The notes below the pieces were generated by a model. That model did not search any database, was not told the origin of the DNA, and worked only from the letters and a program-made list of their open reading frames with translations. Below, piece by piece: positions 18,613-28,628 of a stretch of 64,000 nucleotides of DNA (position 1 is its first letter; each line of letters starts with the position of its first letter). This DNA comes from Dehalococcoidia bacterium (GTDB lineage Bacteria; Chloroflexota; Dehalococcoidia; Dehalococcoidales; RBG-16-60-22). The position numbers and the translations under genes are program-made. Location of the stretch: the NCBI GenBank assembly GCA_003141235.1, contig PLLL01000092.1:1891-65890 (forward strand). Direction: 5' to 3'.

Positions 18613-19986
18613 ATGACGCCTAGCGTATACCCCAGGGGCACCACCATCTACTATCCGGATAAATGCTGGAATGGCTTCACCCTTTTCCAGGCCACCCTTT
18701 TCCAGAAAAACGATGTCGGCGCTGTCCTGATAGACATGAACGGCGGCGTGGTCAACCGGTGGCGCGGGCTGGATGGCATGCCCAATAAAATGCTTCCCGG
18801 CGGCTCGGTTATGGGCAGCACCGGCTGTAGAAACCCTAAATACGGTTACCAGGACATGCTTGACCTCGTCGAAGTGGACTGGGAAGGCCGCATCGTCTGG
18901 CAGTTCGATAGGTACGAGCGCGTCAAAGACCCCAGCCAGCCGCCGCGCTGGATGGCCCGCCAGCACCACGATTATCAGCGCGAGGGTAATCCAGTCGGCT
19001 ATTACGTCCCCGGCATGGAGCCACGATCTTATCGGGACGGTAAGACGCTTATCCTCTGCCATAAAAACCTCACCGACCTGCGCATCAGCGGACATCCGCT
19101 GGTGGACGACACGATGATTGAGGTGGATGAAAAGGGTAAAATTATCTGGGAGTGGACTTGCAGCGAGCACTTCGACGAGTTGGGCTTCGACGAAGCAGCG
19201 AAAAATACCCTTTCGCGCAACCCCGACCTGGTATTAAACAGTAGCGCGGGCGACTGGATGCACATTAATTCGATGTCCACCCTGGGGACAAACCGCTGGT
19301 ATGACGCCGGTGATACCCGTTTCCACCCGGATAATATCATCTGGGACAGCCGCCAGGCGAACATCATCGCCATCATTGATAAAAAGACGGGTAAAATCAT
19401 CTGGCAATTAGGCCCCTATTTCACCGCTACGGAAGCCCTCCGTAAGTTGGGCCAGATAATCGGCCAGCACCACGCCCACATGATTCCCCGCGGTCTCCCC
19501 GGCGAAGGCAATATCCTGGTTTTCGATAACGGCGGCCGGGCCGGCTACGGCGCTCCCAACCCCGGCGCTCCCACTGGTCTTAGCAACGCTATCAGGGACC
19601 ACTCGCGCGTGCTCGAGTTTAACCCGCTGACGCTGGAAATCGCCTGGCAGTACCCGCCCCGCGGGTCCGGCTCTTTATACAGCAGCTTTGTAAGCTCGGC
19701 GCAGCGCCTCCCCAACGGCAACACCCTCATTACTGAGGGTCAAGGCGGCCGCCTTCTTGAGGTCACGCCGCAGGGTGAAATAGTCTGGGAATACCTCAGC
19801 CCATACACACAAAAGAAGCGCCCCATGAACATGGTTTACCGCGCCTACCGCGTGCCTTACGATTGGGTCCCGCAGGTTGAAAGACCGCTGGAAACCGCTG
19901 TGCCGCGTTTGGATAATAATATATTCAGAGTGCCCGGATCTACGCTTAAAAAGCCGTTAAAAGTGACGAAAGTAAGCAAAAGGTAG
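18613..19986 (+). CDS. Aryl-sulfate sulfotransferase-like beta-propeller protein, no signal peptide
   Basis: QHHD, DWMHINS, GQHHAH, FDNG, SSAQRLPNGNTLITEG. Confidence 0.8.
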   Translation: MTPSVYPRGTTIYYPDKCWNGFTLFQATLFQKNDVGAVLIDMNGGVVNRWRGLDGMPNKMLPGGSVMGSTGCRNPKYGYQDMLDLVEVDWEGRIVWQFDRYERVKDPSQPPRWMARQHHDYQREGNPVGYYVPGMEPRSYRDGKTLILCHKNLTDLRISGHPLVDDTMIEVDEKGKIIWEWTCSEHFDELGFDEAAKNTLSRNPDLVLNSSAGDWMHINSMSTLGTNRWYDAGDTRFHPDNIIWDSRQANIIAIIDKKTGKIIWQLGPYFTATEALRKLGQIIGQHHAHMIPRGLPGEGNILVFDNGGRAGYGAPNPGAPTGLSNAIRDHSRVLEFNPLTLEIAWQYPPRGSGSLYSSFVSSAQRLPNGNTLITEGQGGRLLEVTPQGEIVWEYLSPYTQKKRPMNMVYRAYRVPYDWVPQVERPLETAVPRLDNNIFRVPGSTLKKPLKVTKVSKR

Positions 19987-20163
19987 CTTCATAACATTGG
20001 TTACTATGGCAGAGGGGGCAGGTCAGATACCCCTCTCCGCAGGCTATTCCCCGGAAAAACGTTCATAACGGATAACAGCAACGTAAACTCATTATTATAG
20101 CGCGTAAGATGCGCTCGGGGATAAAGGGAGGGAAAATAGAGGGGTGGGGTATAAGCATTTTGG

Positions 20164-20556
20164 TCAGCCGGATATTAATCTCACGATAAAATAAATCAGC
20201 AGGCCGAGCCAGGCTAATCCCAGTAGAACAGCTACCGCGAGGGAAAATATCGTCCAGAGTATAATCCGCTTAACGCTTGTCTGCGCCCTGGCTCTCTTCC
20301 CCACGATGTCAAAGCCCGGGGTAAATACCCTTATCAGAGCCAGCCCGAGCGGAACAACAATGATATCGTCCAGCCAGCCCGCGAAAGGAATGAAGTCCGG
20401 GATTATGTCGAACGGGCTGATTACATAGGCGAGGATAACGGCCAGCCCGATGACCGCGCGCCATTTCACCGAACGCGGTATGGCCGGGTCTTTAAGAACG
20501 AGGTAAATGGTATACGGTGTGGTTAGCCAGTCTGTAATCTGAGAAATAAAGCGCAT
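20164..20556 (-). CDS. DUF1232 (YkvA) membrane protein
   Basis: YVISPFDIIPDFIPFAGWLDD. Confidence 0.85.
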   Translation of the reverse strand: MRFISQITDWLTTPYTIYLVLKDPAIPRSVKWRAVIGLAVILAYVISPFDIIPDFIPFAGWLDDIIVVPLGLALIRVFTPGFDIVGKRARAQTSVKRIILWTIFSLAVAVLLGLAWLGLLIYFIVRLISG

Positions 20557-20779
20557 GAGATAATAAACCTCTCAAAATTATATTACCACGAAGTAAATGG
20601 ACCTGACCTGATAAAGAGGCCTGTATATTAACGATTTTTGATAAAATCCTTAAGAAAATCAATTTATTTAAACCATTTTCTAAAAATAATTGAGAAAGGT
20701 ATTGACAATATCAATATGCGGCATTATAATATGTTAAGAAAATTAAGTCGGACATTAATAAAGTTAAGGTTGATGCAAA

Positions 20780-21142
20780 ATGGCTAAAGAGTGGCAGGAA
20801 CTAACCAAGATGACCCAGGGCAAAGCGATAACGGTAGAGCGCGTCCGCCTGGTGGATACCGATATCGCCATTGAGGGGAGCTTCACGCTGCCGCCCCTGG
20901 CCAATCTCTCCGCCGAGGACCAGTTCTTCGTGATGGCGTTTGTCCGCTGTCGCGGCTCCATTAAAGAAATGGAAGAGATGTTCGGCATCAGCTATCCCAC
21001 GGTGAAAAATCGGATTAACCGCATCGCCGGGCAGTTTGAGTTCGTTGAGAATGTAAAAGTCACGCCGCAGGAAGAAGTCCTTTCCGAGCTTGAGCGCGGT
21101 GAAATAAACGCCGCTGAGGCGATAAGGAGGCTGCAAAAATGA
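20780..21142 (+). CDS. DUF2089-family HTH protein
   Basis: IEGSF.LP.L, GSIKEME..FGISYPTVKNR, C-terminal L..LERGEI..EAI. Confidence 0.85.
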   Translation: MAKEWQELTKMTQGKAITVERVRLVDTDIAIEGSFTLPPLANLSAEDQFFVMAFVRCRGSIKEMEEMFGISYPTVKNRINRIAGQFEFVENVKVTPQEEVLSELERGEINAAEAIRRLQK

Positions 21143-21414
21143 CCTGGCCCCCCATGTTGATGAAAATCCATGTCAAAAATGAAACCCACGATTTCGGGTT
21201 CTGGCTGCCGATATTCCTGGTGCTGCCGGTGGCGCTGGTGGTTTTGATTATCTTGTTGCCACTAATAATTGTCGGCATGATTATCTTCTGGGATAGCTGG
21301 GGAGTGTGGGCGCTTAAAGTCCTGTGGGCCGCTATCGTGTCCTACTGGTCGCTGCACGGTCTTGAGGTAGATGTTCAAAACGGCAATAAATACGTCTATG
21401 TTTCCGTGGTATAA
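21139..21414 (+). CDS. Small membrane protein
   Basis: Hydrophobic core; ATGA overlap with the DUF2089 gene. Confidence 0.65.
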   Translation: MTWPPMLMKIHVKNETHDFGFWLPIFLVLPVALVVLIILLPLIIVGMIIFWDSWGVWALKVLWAAIVSYWSLHGLEVDVQNGNKYVYVSVV

Positions 21415-21436
21415 ACGGGTATAGGAGGCAAATATA

Positions 21437-21925
21437 ATGAGTGAGAGTCAGAAAAAAATACTGGAGATGCTGGCCGAGAACAAAATCAGCGTCGATGATG
21501 CCCACCGGTTACTTAGCGCCCTTGGCGCCGAGGAGGGAGCGCATACCGGGAACAAGAATACCGGGCAGGATGCGGCCGGGAATCTGGTAAACAAGGTTTT
21601 AAGCAGCCGCAAATACCTGCGCGTCACCGTTACGCCGCCCGAAGGGGGGACCGATGATAAAGGGAACCCGTTCCATGACGGCAATGTGGGGCGGGTAAAT
21701 GTCCGCATACCGATGTCTTTAGTGCGCGCCGGCATCAAATTAACCTCTCTGATACCCGCCGACGCTCTGGATAAGGCCAACAGCGCCCTGAGGGAAAAAG
21801 GCATCAAATTCGATGTGCGCAACATCAAGCAGGAAGATATCGAAGAGCTCATCGACGCGCTGGGGGACATGCAAATCGACGTAGAGGGCGGCAAAGGCGA
21901 AAAAGTAAAAGTATTCGTAGAATAA
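21437..21925 (+). CDS. SHOCT-like/YvlB-type N-terminal domain protein
   Basis: KKILEMLAENKISVDDAHRLL; VNVRIPMSLV; typical partner of DUF2089. Confidence 0.7.
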   Translation: MSESQKKILEMLAENKISVDDAHRLLSALGAEEGAHTGNKNTGQDAAGNLVNKVLSSRKYLRVTVTPPEGGTDDKGNPFHDGNVGRVNVRIPMSLVRAGIKLTSLIPADALDKANSALREKGIKFDVRNIKQEDIEELIDALGDMQIDVEGGKGEKVKVFVE

Positions 21926-21947
21926 AGAATTAACGAGGAGGAACAAA

Positions 21948-22148
21948 ATGGGTTACTTTAGAATTCTGGCAGCCATTCCGGGTTTTTTCCTGAGCGCTTT
22001 TTTACTAATGCTCATCTGGGGGTGGCTGATTACGCCCGAATTTGGTCTGGCCACTATCAGTTATGTGCATTCGATGCTGATTACGATTGTCCTCTGGATA
22101 ACCGTCGCGCCCCTGGCCGCAGGCGGACGATGGCATCATCATCATTAA
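21948..22148 (+). CDS. Small two-TM protein with His-rich tail
   Basis: GAGGAGG RBS; ends WHHHH. Confidence 0.6.
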   Translation: MGYFRILAAIPGFFLSAFLLMLIWGWLITPEFGLATISYVHSMLITIVLWITVAPLAAGGRWHHHH

Positions 22149-22179
22149 AGAAGTTAACGCGGGGCTGGTGAAGACAGGT

Positions 22180-24099
22180 TTACTTTGCCAGTCCCTGCTT
22201 TTGCAGGTCGGCGGCGATATCGCCGAGCTGCAGCTCTTCCAATCTGGCTTTGGTCGGCAGGCCGTTTACATCCCAGCCGCGTAACGCGTAATATTCATCC
22301 TTCATCTTTTCAAAAGCTTCCCGTTCGACGGTCTTTCCCTCGCGGGAAAGCACTTCTCCATCGCGTCCCGGCGTCAGGCAATCCCTGGAAATGAACAGCT
22401 CGCCCTTGCGCAGGGGCACTTCAAAAAGATAATCCAGCAGGCGGTCGTCTTTGCGCCCCGCCCATCCCTGGCGGAGCTGTATCGCCCTCTGGAGATTGAA
22501 GATTTTTTCACCGATTTTAATGAAACCGGCTTCGTCCGTTTCTTTTCCCGTAATCGCCGTATAAATCTGGTTTTCCAGGGTGGGGTCGCCGACATGCCCG
22601 CCTTCGTATTTTGCCCAAATCATCGGCCACCTGAAATCACACAGGACGAGGCTTTCCTTGGTGTAAGTGCGGTCCTGGATTTTTTTGGCTGCCAGGGCTT
22701 TGCCGGCGTAGGTCGAGAAGTCAGCCGCCAGTTCGCTGCCCCAATACCTTTTGGCGGCCTCGCGGAAATCAGCGGTAGTGAAAAAAGCGTTTTGCTGCTT
22801 CCCCAGCCAGCCGAGCCACATCCTTAAAATATTGCTTTGCTCATGCAGCTGCTGTATCGGCCTTCTCGACTCGGTGGCATAGAGCAGCCCCGAGGTAATA
22901 AAAAGCCTCGGGTCGTAGTCCTTGGTCTCGCTCCCACGTGTGGCGACGAACTCGCTTAAAAGTTTTTGCGCGCCTTCGCCGAGGGATGCTGCCGTAGCAA
23001 TAGTGCCCCGAGCCAGCGTATCCCCGAAACCTTCACGGAAAGCTATCTTTCCGGTCAGCGACTCAATAAACTCTGCGCTACCGAACTTCGACAGCGGCAG
23101 GCAGGCTGCCTCTTCACTTAAAATGCCTTCGCGGTAACACGCGCCGACTAAATCGATAAGGCCCTGCATCACGGCGGAATCGAGTCCGTAAGCGTCGCAA
23201 AGTTGAGTGGCCAGCTGCTGCACCTCTATTTTGGGGCCGGAGTAAGCCTTGACCGGTTGTTCGTAGAGGATAGTCGCCTGGCACAGCGACTTGTAGCTGC
23301 GTCCATCTTTACCGGAATACACCTGGCGGTCACACCCGAGGCCGCACCCGTAGCAGGCCTGGGGCCTGGTCACTCCCGGGATTTCCCACGGCCTGGGACC
23401 AGCTTTGTAATCCCGCATCTTCCGGACATGGTCGGCGAGAAGTCTCAGCGCGGCCGGGTCGGCGGCGGACGGCTTTTTTTCACCGGCTACCACGATAGCT
23501 TTCAGGTTTTTCGAACCCATAGTGCTGCCGATGCCGCCGGAGCCGGAAGCACCCTGTTCCGCGAAAATGGTAGCAAAAGCGATACCGTTCTCCGCGGCGG
23601 GGCCGATAGTCAGCACGCTGGCGCTTTTGCCGAGTTCCGCTTTCAAGAGGTCAACCGTTTCAAAGGTGGTCTTGCCCCACAGGTGAGAAGCATCTTTAAT
23701 TTCTACAGCGCCGTCATGTATCCAGAGATATACAGGTTTCTCCGCTTTACCCTGCACGGCGATGCCGTCATAGCCGGCGTATTTGAGCCGGACGCCCCAC
23801 CCTCCGCCCAGGTTGCTGTAGGTAAAAGCTTCCTGGTCTAATAGGGCCGATTTACCGCAGGCAACCCAGCGGCCGCCGGCAAACCCGGGAAAACCGGCTA
23901 CGGGGCCGCTGGCGCAGATAAAGCAGTTCTCCGGGTCGGCCACTTTAGCGTTGGGCGGCACCATTTCCCAGTAGAGCCGGGCGGCGATACCGCGCCCGCC
24001 GATATACTTATCCGCATAATTGGAGGTAGGTAATTTTGTTATTTTACCATCGGACAGGTCAACTTTTAATATCTCTCCGGCGTAGCCGAAATCAGGCAT
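22180..24099 (-). CDS. Aldehyde:ferredoxin oxidoreductase-family (tungstopterin) protein
   Basis: GYAGEILKVDLS, IGGRG, MGSKNLKAI, CYGCGLGC, CDAYGLD, YYALRGWD. Confidence 0.9.
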   Translation of the reverse strand: MPDFGYAGEILKVDLSDGKITKLPTSNYADKYIGGRGIAARLYWEMVPPNAKVADPENCFICASGPVAGFPGFAGGRWVACGKSALLDQEAFTYSNLGGGWGVRLKYAGYDGIAVQGKAEKPVYLWIHDGAVEIKDASHLWGKTTFETVDLLKAELGKSASVLTIGPAAENGIAFATIFAEQGASGSGGIGSTMGSKNLKAIVVAGEKKPSAADPAALRLLADHVRKMRDYKAGPRPWEIPGVTRPQACYGCGLGCDRQVYSGKDGRSYKSLCQATILYEQPVKAYSGPKIEVQQLATQLCDAYGLDSAVMQGLIDLVGACYREGILSEEAACLPLSKFGSAEFIESLTGKIAFREGFGDTLARGTIATAASLGEGAQKLLSEFVATRGSETKDYDPRLFITSGLLYATESRRPIQQLHEQSNILRMWLGWLGKQQNAFFTTADFREAAKRYWGSELAADFSTYAGKALAAKKIQDRTYTKESLVLCDFRWPMIWAKYEGGHVGDPTLENQIYTAITGKETDEAGFIKIGEKIFNLQRAIQLRQGWAGRKDDRLLDYLFEVPLRKGELFISRDCLTPGRDGEVLSREGKTVEREAFEKMKDEYYALRGWDVNGLPTKARLEELQLGDIAADLQKQGLAK

Positions 24100-24147
24100 A
24101 AACGGTTATCTCCCCCTCGATTCAAGCATTGGTTTAAAGCAGCGAGT

Positions 24148-24213
24148 GAGATTGCCACGTCGCTCGCATTTATTGAAAACGTGTTCTGTAAAAGGGACGC
24201 TCCTCGCAATGAC
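24148..24213 (+). repeat. REP-like intergenic palindrome
   Basis: GAGATTGCCACGTCGC...GACGCTCCTCGCAATGAC. Confidence 0.55.
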
Positions 24214-24231
24214 AGACCCATGTTATATCCT

Positions 24232-24999
24232 TTACACCATCACGCTGCCGCCGTTGACCACGATGTATTGCCCGGTGACAAAATCAGAGTCCGCCGAAGC
24301 TAAAAATACCGCCGTGCCCGGCAGGTCGGCGGGTTCTTCACGGCGCTTAATGGCCTGCGCCTCTATCGTAGCTTTGGTGGTGTTTGCGTTGCTGCCCTGT
24401 CCCAGGCTCGCCTCCGTAGCAGTGTACCCCGGGGCGATGCTGTTGACGTTGATGCCGGAAGGCCCCAGCGCCCGGGCCAGGCATTGCGTCAGCGTATAGA
24501 CGGCGGACTTGCTGCAGGCGTACGGCAGGAAATTAAAGCCCCCGGCCACTTTAAAGACATCCGAGGCGATATTAATTATTTTGCCTTTGCCCGCCTTGAC
24601 CATGAGGGGCGCGATAGCTTTACAGCACAGCCAAGTCCCGCGCACATTCACCTCGAACATGTGGTCCCATTCTTCTATAGACCAGGCGTCCCAGTCTTTA
24701 TGTTCAATTCCATAGTAGATGGCGGCGTTATTGAGGAGGATATCCACCCGCCCGTATAATTTTTGAACTTCGGCGGCTATTTTTTGCGTGTCTTTTTCGC
24801 TGGAGATATCGGCCAGCATAGCGGCTGCCTGACCGCCTTTAGCTTTAATTTCTTTCGCGGTGGCCTCGGCGCGCTCCAGGCTGATATCGGGGAGTAGCAG
24901 TTTTGCCCCTTCCGCGGCGAACCGCAGCGCGAAGGCTTTGCCCAGGCCGCGTCCGGCCCCGGTAATGATAGCGACCTTATCCTTCAATACGGGTGACAT
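24232..24999 (-). CDS. Short-chain dehydrogenase/reductase
   Basis: TGAGRGLG, NNAA, YxxSK (YACSK), VNSIAPG. Confidence 0.93.
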   Translation of the reverse strand: MSPVLKDKVAIITGAGRGLGKAFALRFAAEGAKLLLPDISLERAEATAKEIKAKGGQAAAMLADISSEKDTQKIAAEVQKLYGRVDILLNNAAIYYGIEHKDWDAWSIEEWDHMFEVNVRGTWLCCKAIAPLMVKAGKGKIINIASDVFKVAGGFNFLPYACSKSAVYTLTQCLARALGPSGINVNSIAPGYTATEASLGQGSNANTTKATIEAQAIKRREEPADLPGTAVFLASADSDFVTGQYIVVNGGSVMV

Positions 25000-25151
25000 A
25001 TGGGCCTCCTCGGAAGTATTTAAAAGTACTCTGTAATCGTGATTCTACAACTATACCGTTATATCGTCAATGTACATATTGACAATCAGAGAATCCCATT
25101 GTAATCTTATATTGCTCGCAATACAACGTATTTATAGCTAAGGAGGCGCAC

Positions 25152-27008
25152 ATGGCACATGGTTTCATGGGTAAAATTCTCTGGGTAGACCTTACTAAAA
25201 AGAAAATCAAGGAAGAAGAGCTTGACGAGAAGATGTGGCGGGATTATCTGGGCGGCTACGGCCTGGGCGCAAGGATTCTGTTCGACCGGCAGAAACCCGG
25301 CGTCGACCCGCTGGGGAAGGATAATATCCTGGGACTGGTGACGGGCGTGCTGACCGGCACTCCGGCGCTCGGCGGTTCACGCTATATCATGGTCGGAAAA
25401 TCGCCGCTGACCGGCGGCTGGGGCGATGCCAACTCCGGCGGCAATGTCGGGCCTGCCCTGAAATTCGCCGGCTACGATGCGGTTTTCTTCACCGGTAAAT
25501 CGGATAAACCGGTCTATCTCTTTATTAATAACGGCAAGGCCGAGATAAAAGACGCCGCTAAAATCTGGGGCAAAGACACCTTCGAGACCGAAGATATTTT
25601 AAGGGCTGAACTGGGTAAAGACGTCGAAATCGCCTGCATCGGCCCGTCGGGTGAAAAGCTGGCCCTCACCGCCGCGGTCATGAACAATAAAGGCCGCGCC
25701 GCCGCGCGTTCCGGCCTGGCCGCGGTCATGGGTTCCAAGAAGCTCAAGGCCATCGCCTTAAAAGGCAACATGAAAATACCCATGCCTGATGAGCAAAAGG
25801 CCAGCGAAATGAGGAAAAACCTCATCGCGAATATGAGACCAAGCGCAAAATTCGTGAGCGATTTCGGCACGCCGGGCATTTTCAATCCGTGTGTTGAATC
25901 CGATGACGCCCCGTGCAAGAACTGGGCCGGTGTAACTACCATCGACTTCCCACAGTATAAGGACATCGGCGGCCAGCCGACGATTGCTAAACAGGAAAAG
26001 AAATACGGCTGCTGGCATTGCCCCATCGCCTGCGGCGGGCACATGAAAGCCAGCACCGGCGAATACAAATATGAAGCCGGCGCCCATAAGCCCGAGTACG
26101 AAACGCTCGCCATGTTCGGCAGCAACCTCCTTAACGATAACCTGGAATCGATTATCAAGCTCAACGATATCTGCAACCGCTACGGCCTGGATACCATTTC
26201 GGCGGGCGCATGTATCGCCTTCACCATCGAATGCTACGAGAATGGCATTCTCACGAAGAAAGACACCGATGGACTGGAGATGAAGTGGGGCAATACCAAA
26301 GCCATCGTGGCCATGACAGAAAAGCTGGCCAAACGAGAAGGTTTCGGCAATATTCTGGCTGACGGCGTTAAAATCGCCGCCAAGAAAATCGGCAAAGGCT
26401 CGGAAAAGTATGCCATGCATGTCGGCGGCGAAGAGATTGCAGCCCACGATACAAGAGGAGGCCCCGGCTTTGCCATCGGCTACGGCGCGGAGCCGACCCC
26501 GGGGCGGCATACCCAGGGTGGCGAAGGCCCGCATCCGCCCGGCGTGATGATTGAACCCCCCGGCTTTGACCGCGGCGCCTATAAAGGACGCGGACAGTAC
26601 CATAAGCGCGGCGCCTGCGTATGTGAAGTATATAACGCTGCAGGCATCTGCATGATTGTCTTCGGAGATGGCTACGGCAATCTAGGCCAGTTTGTCGAAG
26701 CGATGCAGACCATCACCGGCTGGGATATAACCATGGATGAACTCCTCAAAACAGGTGAAAGAATATATAACATACGGCTGGCTTTTAACGCCCGCGAAGG
26801 CCTGAAAATACCGTTCGAACTACCTGAAAGGATGATGGGTATACCTCCCAAGAAAGTCGGCCCGCGCGCCGGCATCACCATGAACAAAGAGGATACGTTT
26901 AACGAGTATCTCGAAGCGATGGGTGTGGATTTAAAGGCAGGCAAGCCGGGTAAGAAGAGGCTCGAAGAGCTAGGTATGGCGGATGTCGCTAAAGTGCTCT
27001 GGAAATAA
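25152..27008 (+). CDS. aor: Aldehyde:ferredoxin oxidoreductase (tungstopterin)
   Basis: KSPLTGGWGDANSGG, RAAARSGLAAVMGSKKLKAI, CWHCPIAC, PEYET, CNRYGLDTIS. Confidence 0.92.
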   Translation: MAHGFMGKILWVDLTKKKIKEEELDEKMWRDYLGGYGLGARILFDRQKPGVDPLGKDNILGLVTGVLTGTPALGGSRYIMVGKSPLTGGWGDANSGGNVGPALKFAGYDAVFFTGKSDKPVYLFINNGKAEIKDAAKIWGKDTFETEDILRAELGKDVEIACIGPSGEKLALTAAVMNNKGRAAARSGLAAVMGSKKLKAIALKGNMKIPMPDEQKASEMRKNLIANMRPSAKFVSDFGTPGIFNPCVESDDAPCKNWAGVTTIDFPQYKDIGGQPTIAKQEKKYGCWHCPIACGGHMKASTGEYKYEAGAHKPEYETLAMFGSNLLNDNLESIIKLNDICNRYGLDTISAGACIAFTIECYENGILTKKDTDGLEMKWGNTKAIVAMTEKLAKREGFGNILADGVKIAAKKIGKGSEKYAMHVGGEEIAAHDTRGGPGFAIGYGAEPTPGRHTQGGEGPHPPGVMIEPPGFDRGAYKGRGQYHKRGACVCEVYNAAGICMIVFGDGYGNLGQFVEAMQTITGWDITMDELLKTGERIYNIRLAFNAREGLKIPFELPERMMGIPPKKVGPRAGITMNKEDTFNEYLEAMGVDLKAGKPGKKRLEELGMADVAKVLWK

Positions 27009-27033
27009 AAAAATAATCAGTCCGGTAATGTTT

Positions 27034-27060
27034 CGAGGCCTCCTGCATAAGGGGGCCTCG
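27034..27060 (+). terminator. Probable terminator after aor
   Basis: CGAGGCCTCC..GGGGGCCTCG stem-loop. Confidence 0.5.
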
Positions 27061-27080
27061 CTGTTTAATATTGAAGACGA

Positions 27081-27109
27081 TTGAAAATCATAGCTATTTA
27101 TGATATAAT
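27081..27109 (+). promoter_or_regulatory. Sigma70 promoter for the riboswitch leader
   Basis: TTGAAA-17 nt-TATAAT, about 9 nt before the aptamer. Confidence 0.75.
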
Positions 27110-27118
27110 ATATAAAGT

Positions 27119-27186
27119 GGCGATGAAGCTCGCCCAGGACTGTTGACAGCTTCCTGAACCGCTTAAACAAGGCTGATAGCTTCTAC
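27119..27186 (+). ncRNA. Fluoride riboswitch (crcB motif)
   Basis: GGCGATGAAGCTCGCC...AACCGC...GCTGATAGCTTCTAC: P1 GGCG/CGCC and pseudoknot GAAGCT/AGCTTC. Confidence 0.88.
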
Positions 27187-27213
27187 TGACCCCAGTACGG
27201 TAGAAGCTTTTTT
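27178..27213 (+). terminator. Riboswitch expression-platform terminator
   Basis: AGCTTCTACTG...CGGTAGAAGCT followed by a T run; overlaps the aptamer 3' pseudoknot strand. Confidence 0.85.
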
Positions 27214-27259
27214 ATTGCCTGCCGTTGCGGGGTATTCCGAAATAACGGGAGGCAACAAA

Positions 27260-28453
27260 ATGAGTGATAGTCTCATCCCTCTAGTCATGGGAGTCATCGT
27301 TCTCGCCGCCAGTCTCGTTTCGCTAAAATTGGGATTATCAGTAGCCATCATTGAGATTATTCTTGGAGCAGTCGGCGGTTCTCTAGGTCTGCATACGCAG
27401 GACTGGATGACCTACTTGGCAAGCTTCGGTGGTATCATTCTAACTTTTCTTGCGGGCACCGAGATTGATACCAAATTAATGAAAGAGAAGTTCAAAGAGA
27501 GCTTTCTCATCGGTATTTTTTCCTTTTTAGCTCCTTTCGTGGTTGTAGTCGGGTATACCTACTTCATTGCTCATTGGAGTCTGCAAGCGTCTTTACTGGC
27601 GGGAACAGCCCTTTCCACAACCTCGTTGGCTGTTGTCTATTCCGTACTGGTAGAGACAGGTCTGGCAAAGACTCAAGTTGGCAAATTGCTGATGGCTTCT
27701 ACATTCGTTACGGATATGGGTACAGCACTGGCGTTGAGCATTATATTTATTAAGCCCACGCTATATACCCTGGTATTCATCGTTGTTTCCATTGTGGTTA
27801 TAGTCTTTGCCACCAAGTTCTCTCATCTGGTATTTGATAATCCAAGGCTCAAGAATAAGGTCGTGGAGCCGGAAATCAAGTACCTGTTCCTACTACTGCT
27901 TGCTTTTATGTATTTTGCCCAGATAGGCGATGGTCAGGCTGTCTTGCCTGCATTTATCCTAGGACTGTTAATGTCGCCTCACTTCAGGGAGTCATCGGGC
28001 ACGAAGTCGGTCAGAGACAAGCTGCGCACTGTAGCCTACGCTATAATCACGCCGATTTTCTTCATTGTTGGTGGTTTAAGAGTCTCTTTCCCATTGATTT
28101 TCTCGGCTTTGGGTCTTTTCCTGATTCTGTTTGGTCTGAAACTGGCAAGTAAGTTCGTTGGTGTGTTCTTCCTGTCTAAAAAATATATTCCCCAAGGGGC
28201 TATGTATACAACCCTTTTAATGAGCACTGGTCTTACATTTGGTACTATTGCCAGTGTCTTCGGGCTGACCTCCGGAATCATCAACCAGGTACAGTATTCC
28301 TTGCTGGTTGGCGTGGTCATCGCCAGTGCTGTGATACCCACGTTTATTGCTCAAAAGTGGTTTATGCCAGCGCATTCTGAAGACTTGGTGGAGTTAAATG
28401 GCAACGAAAACAGCGGTGGAAATGACAGCAAGCGGGTTACAGACAACATTTAA
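27260..28453 (+). CDS. Cation:proton antiporter (CPA/Na-H exchanger family), fluoride-riboswitch controlled
   Basis: Many TM helices, LTFLAGTEID, ALSTTSLAVV; start at MSDSL with GGAGG RBS. Confidence 0.85.
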   Translation: MSDSLIPLVMGVIVLAASLVSLKLGLSVAIIEIILGAVGGSLGLHTQDWMTYLASFGGIILTFLAGTEIDTKLMKEKFKESFLIGIFSFLAPFVVVVGYTYFIAHWSLQASLLAGTALSTTSLAVVYSVLVETGLAKTQVGKLLMASTFVTDMGTALALSIIFIKPTLYTLVFIVVSIVVIVFATKFSHLVFDNPRLKNKVVEPEIKYLFLLLLAFMYFAQIGDGQAVLPAFILGLLMSPHFRESSGTKSVRDKLRTVAYAIITPIFFIVGGLRVSFPLIFSALGLFLILFGLKLASKFVGVFFLSKKYIPQGAMYTTLLMSTGLTFGTIASVFGLTSGIINQVQYSLLVGVVIASAVIPTFIAQKWFMPAHSEDLVELNGNENSGGNDSKRVTDNI

Positions 28454-28628
28454 GAAAAATCATTAATATAAATAAATGCACCAGCTATAATAAGGCTGGC
28501 ATTCTATTCAATAAATATCGGGCTCCCGCTGAGCTCAAACTGGAGCTTCGTTGTAACACAAATATCGCGGTGATATAATACTTCTATTGTGCTACTAAAT
28601 ATTAGTCGAGAATAACCGGGGGTAAGGT

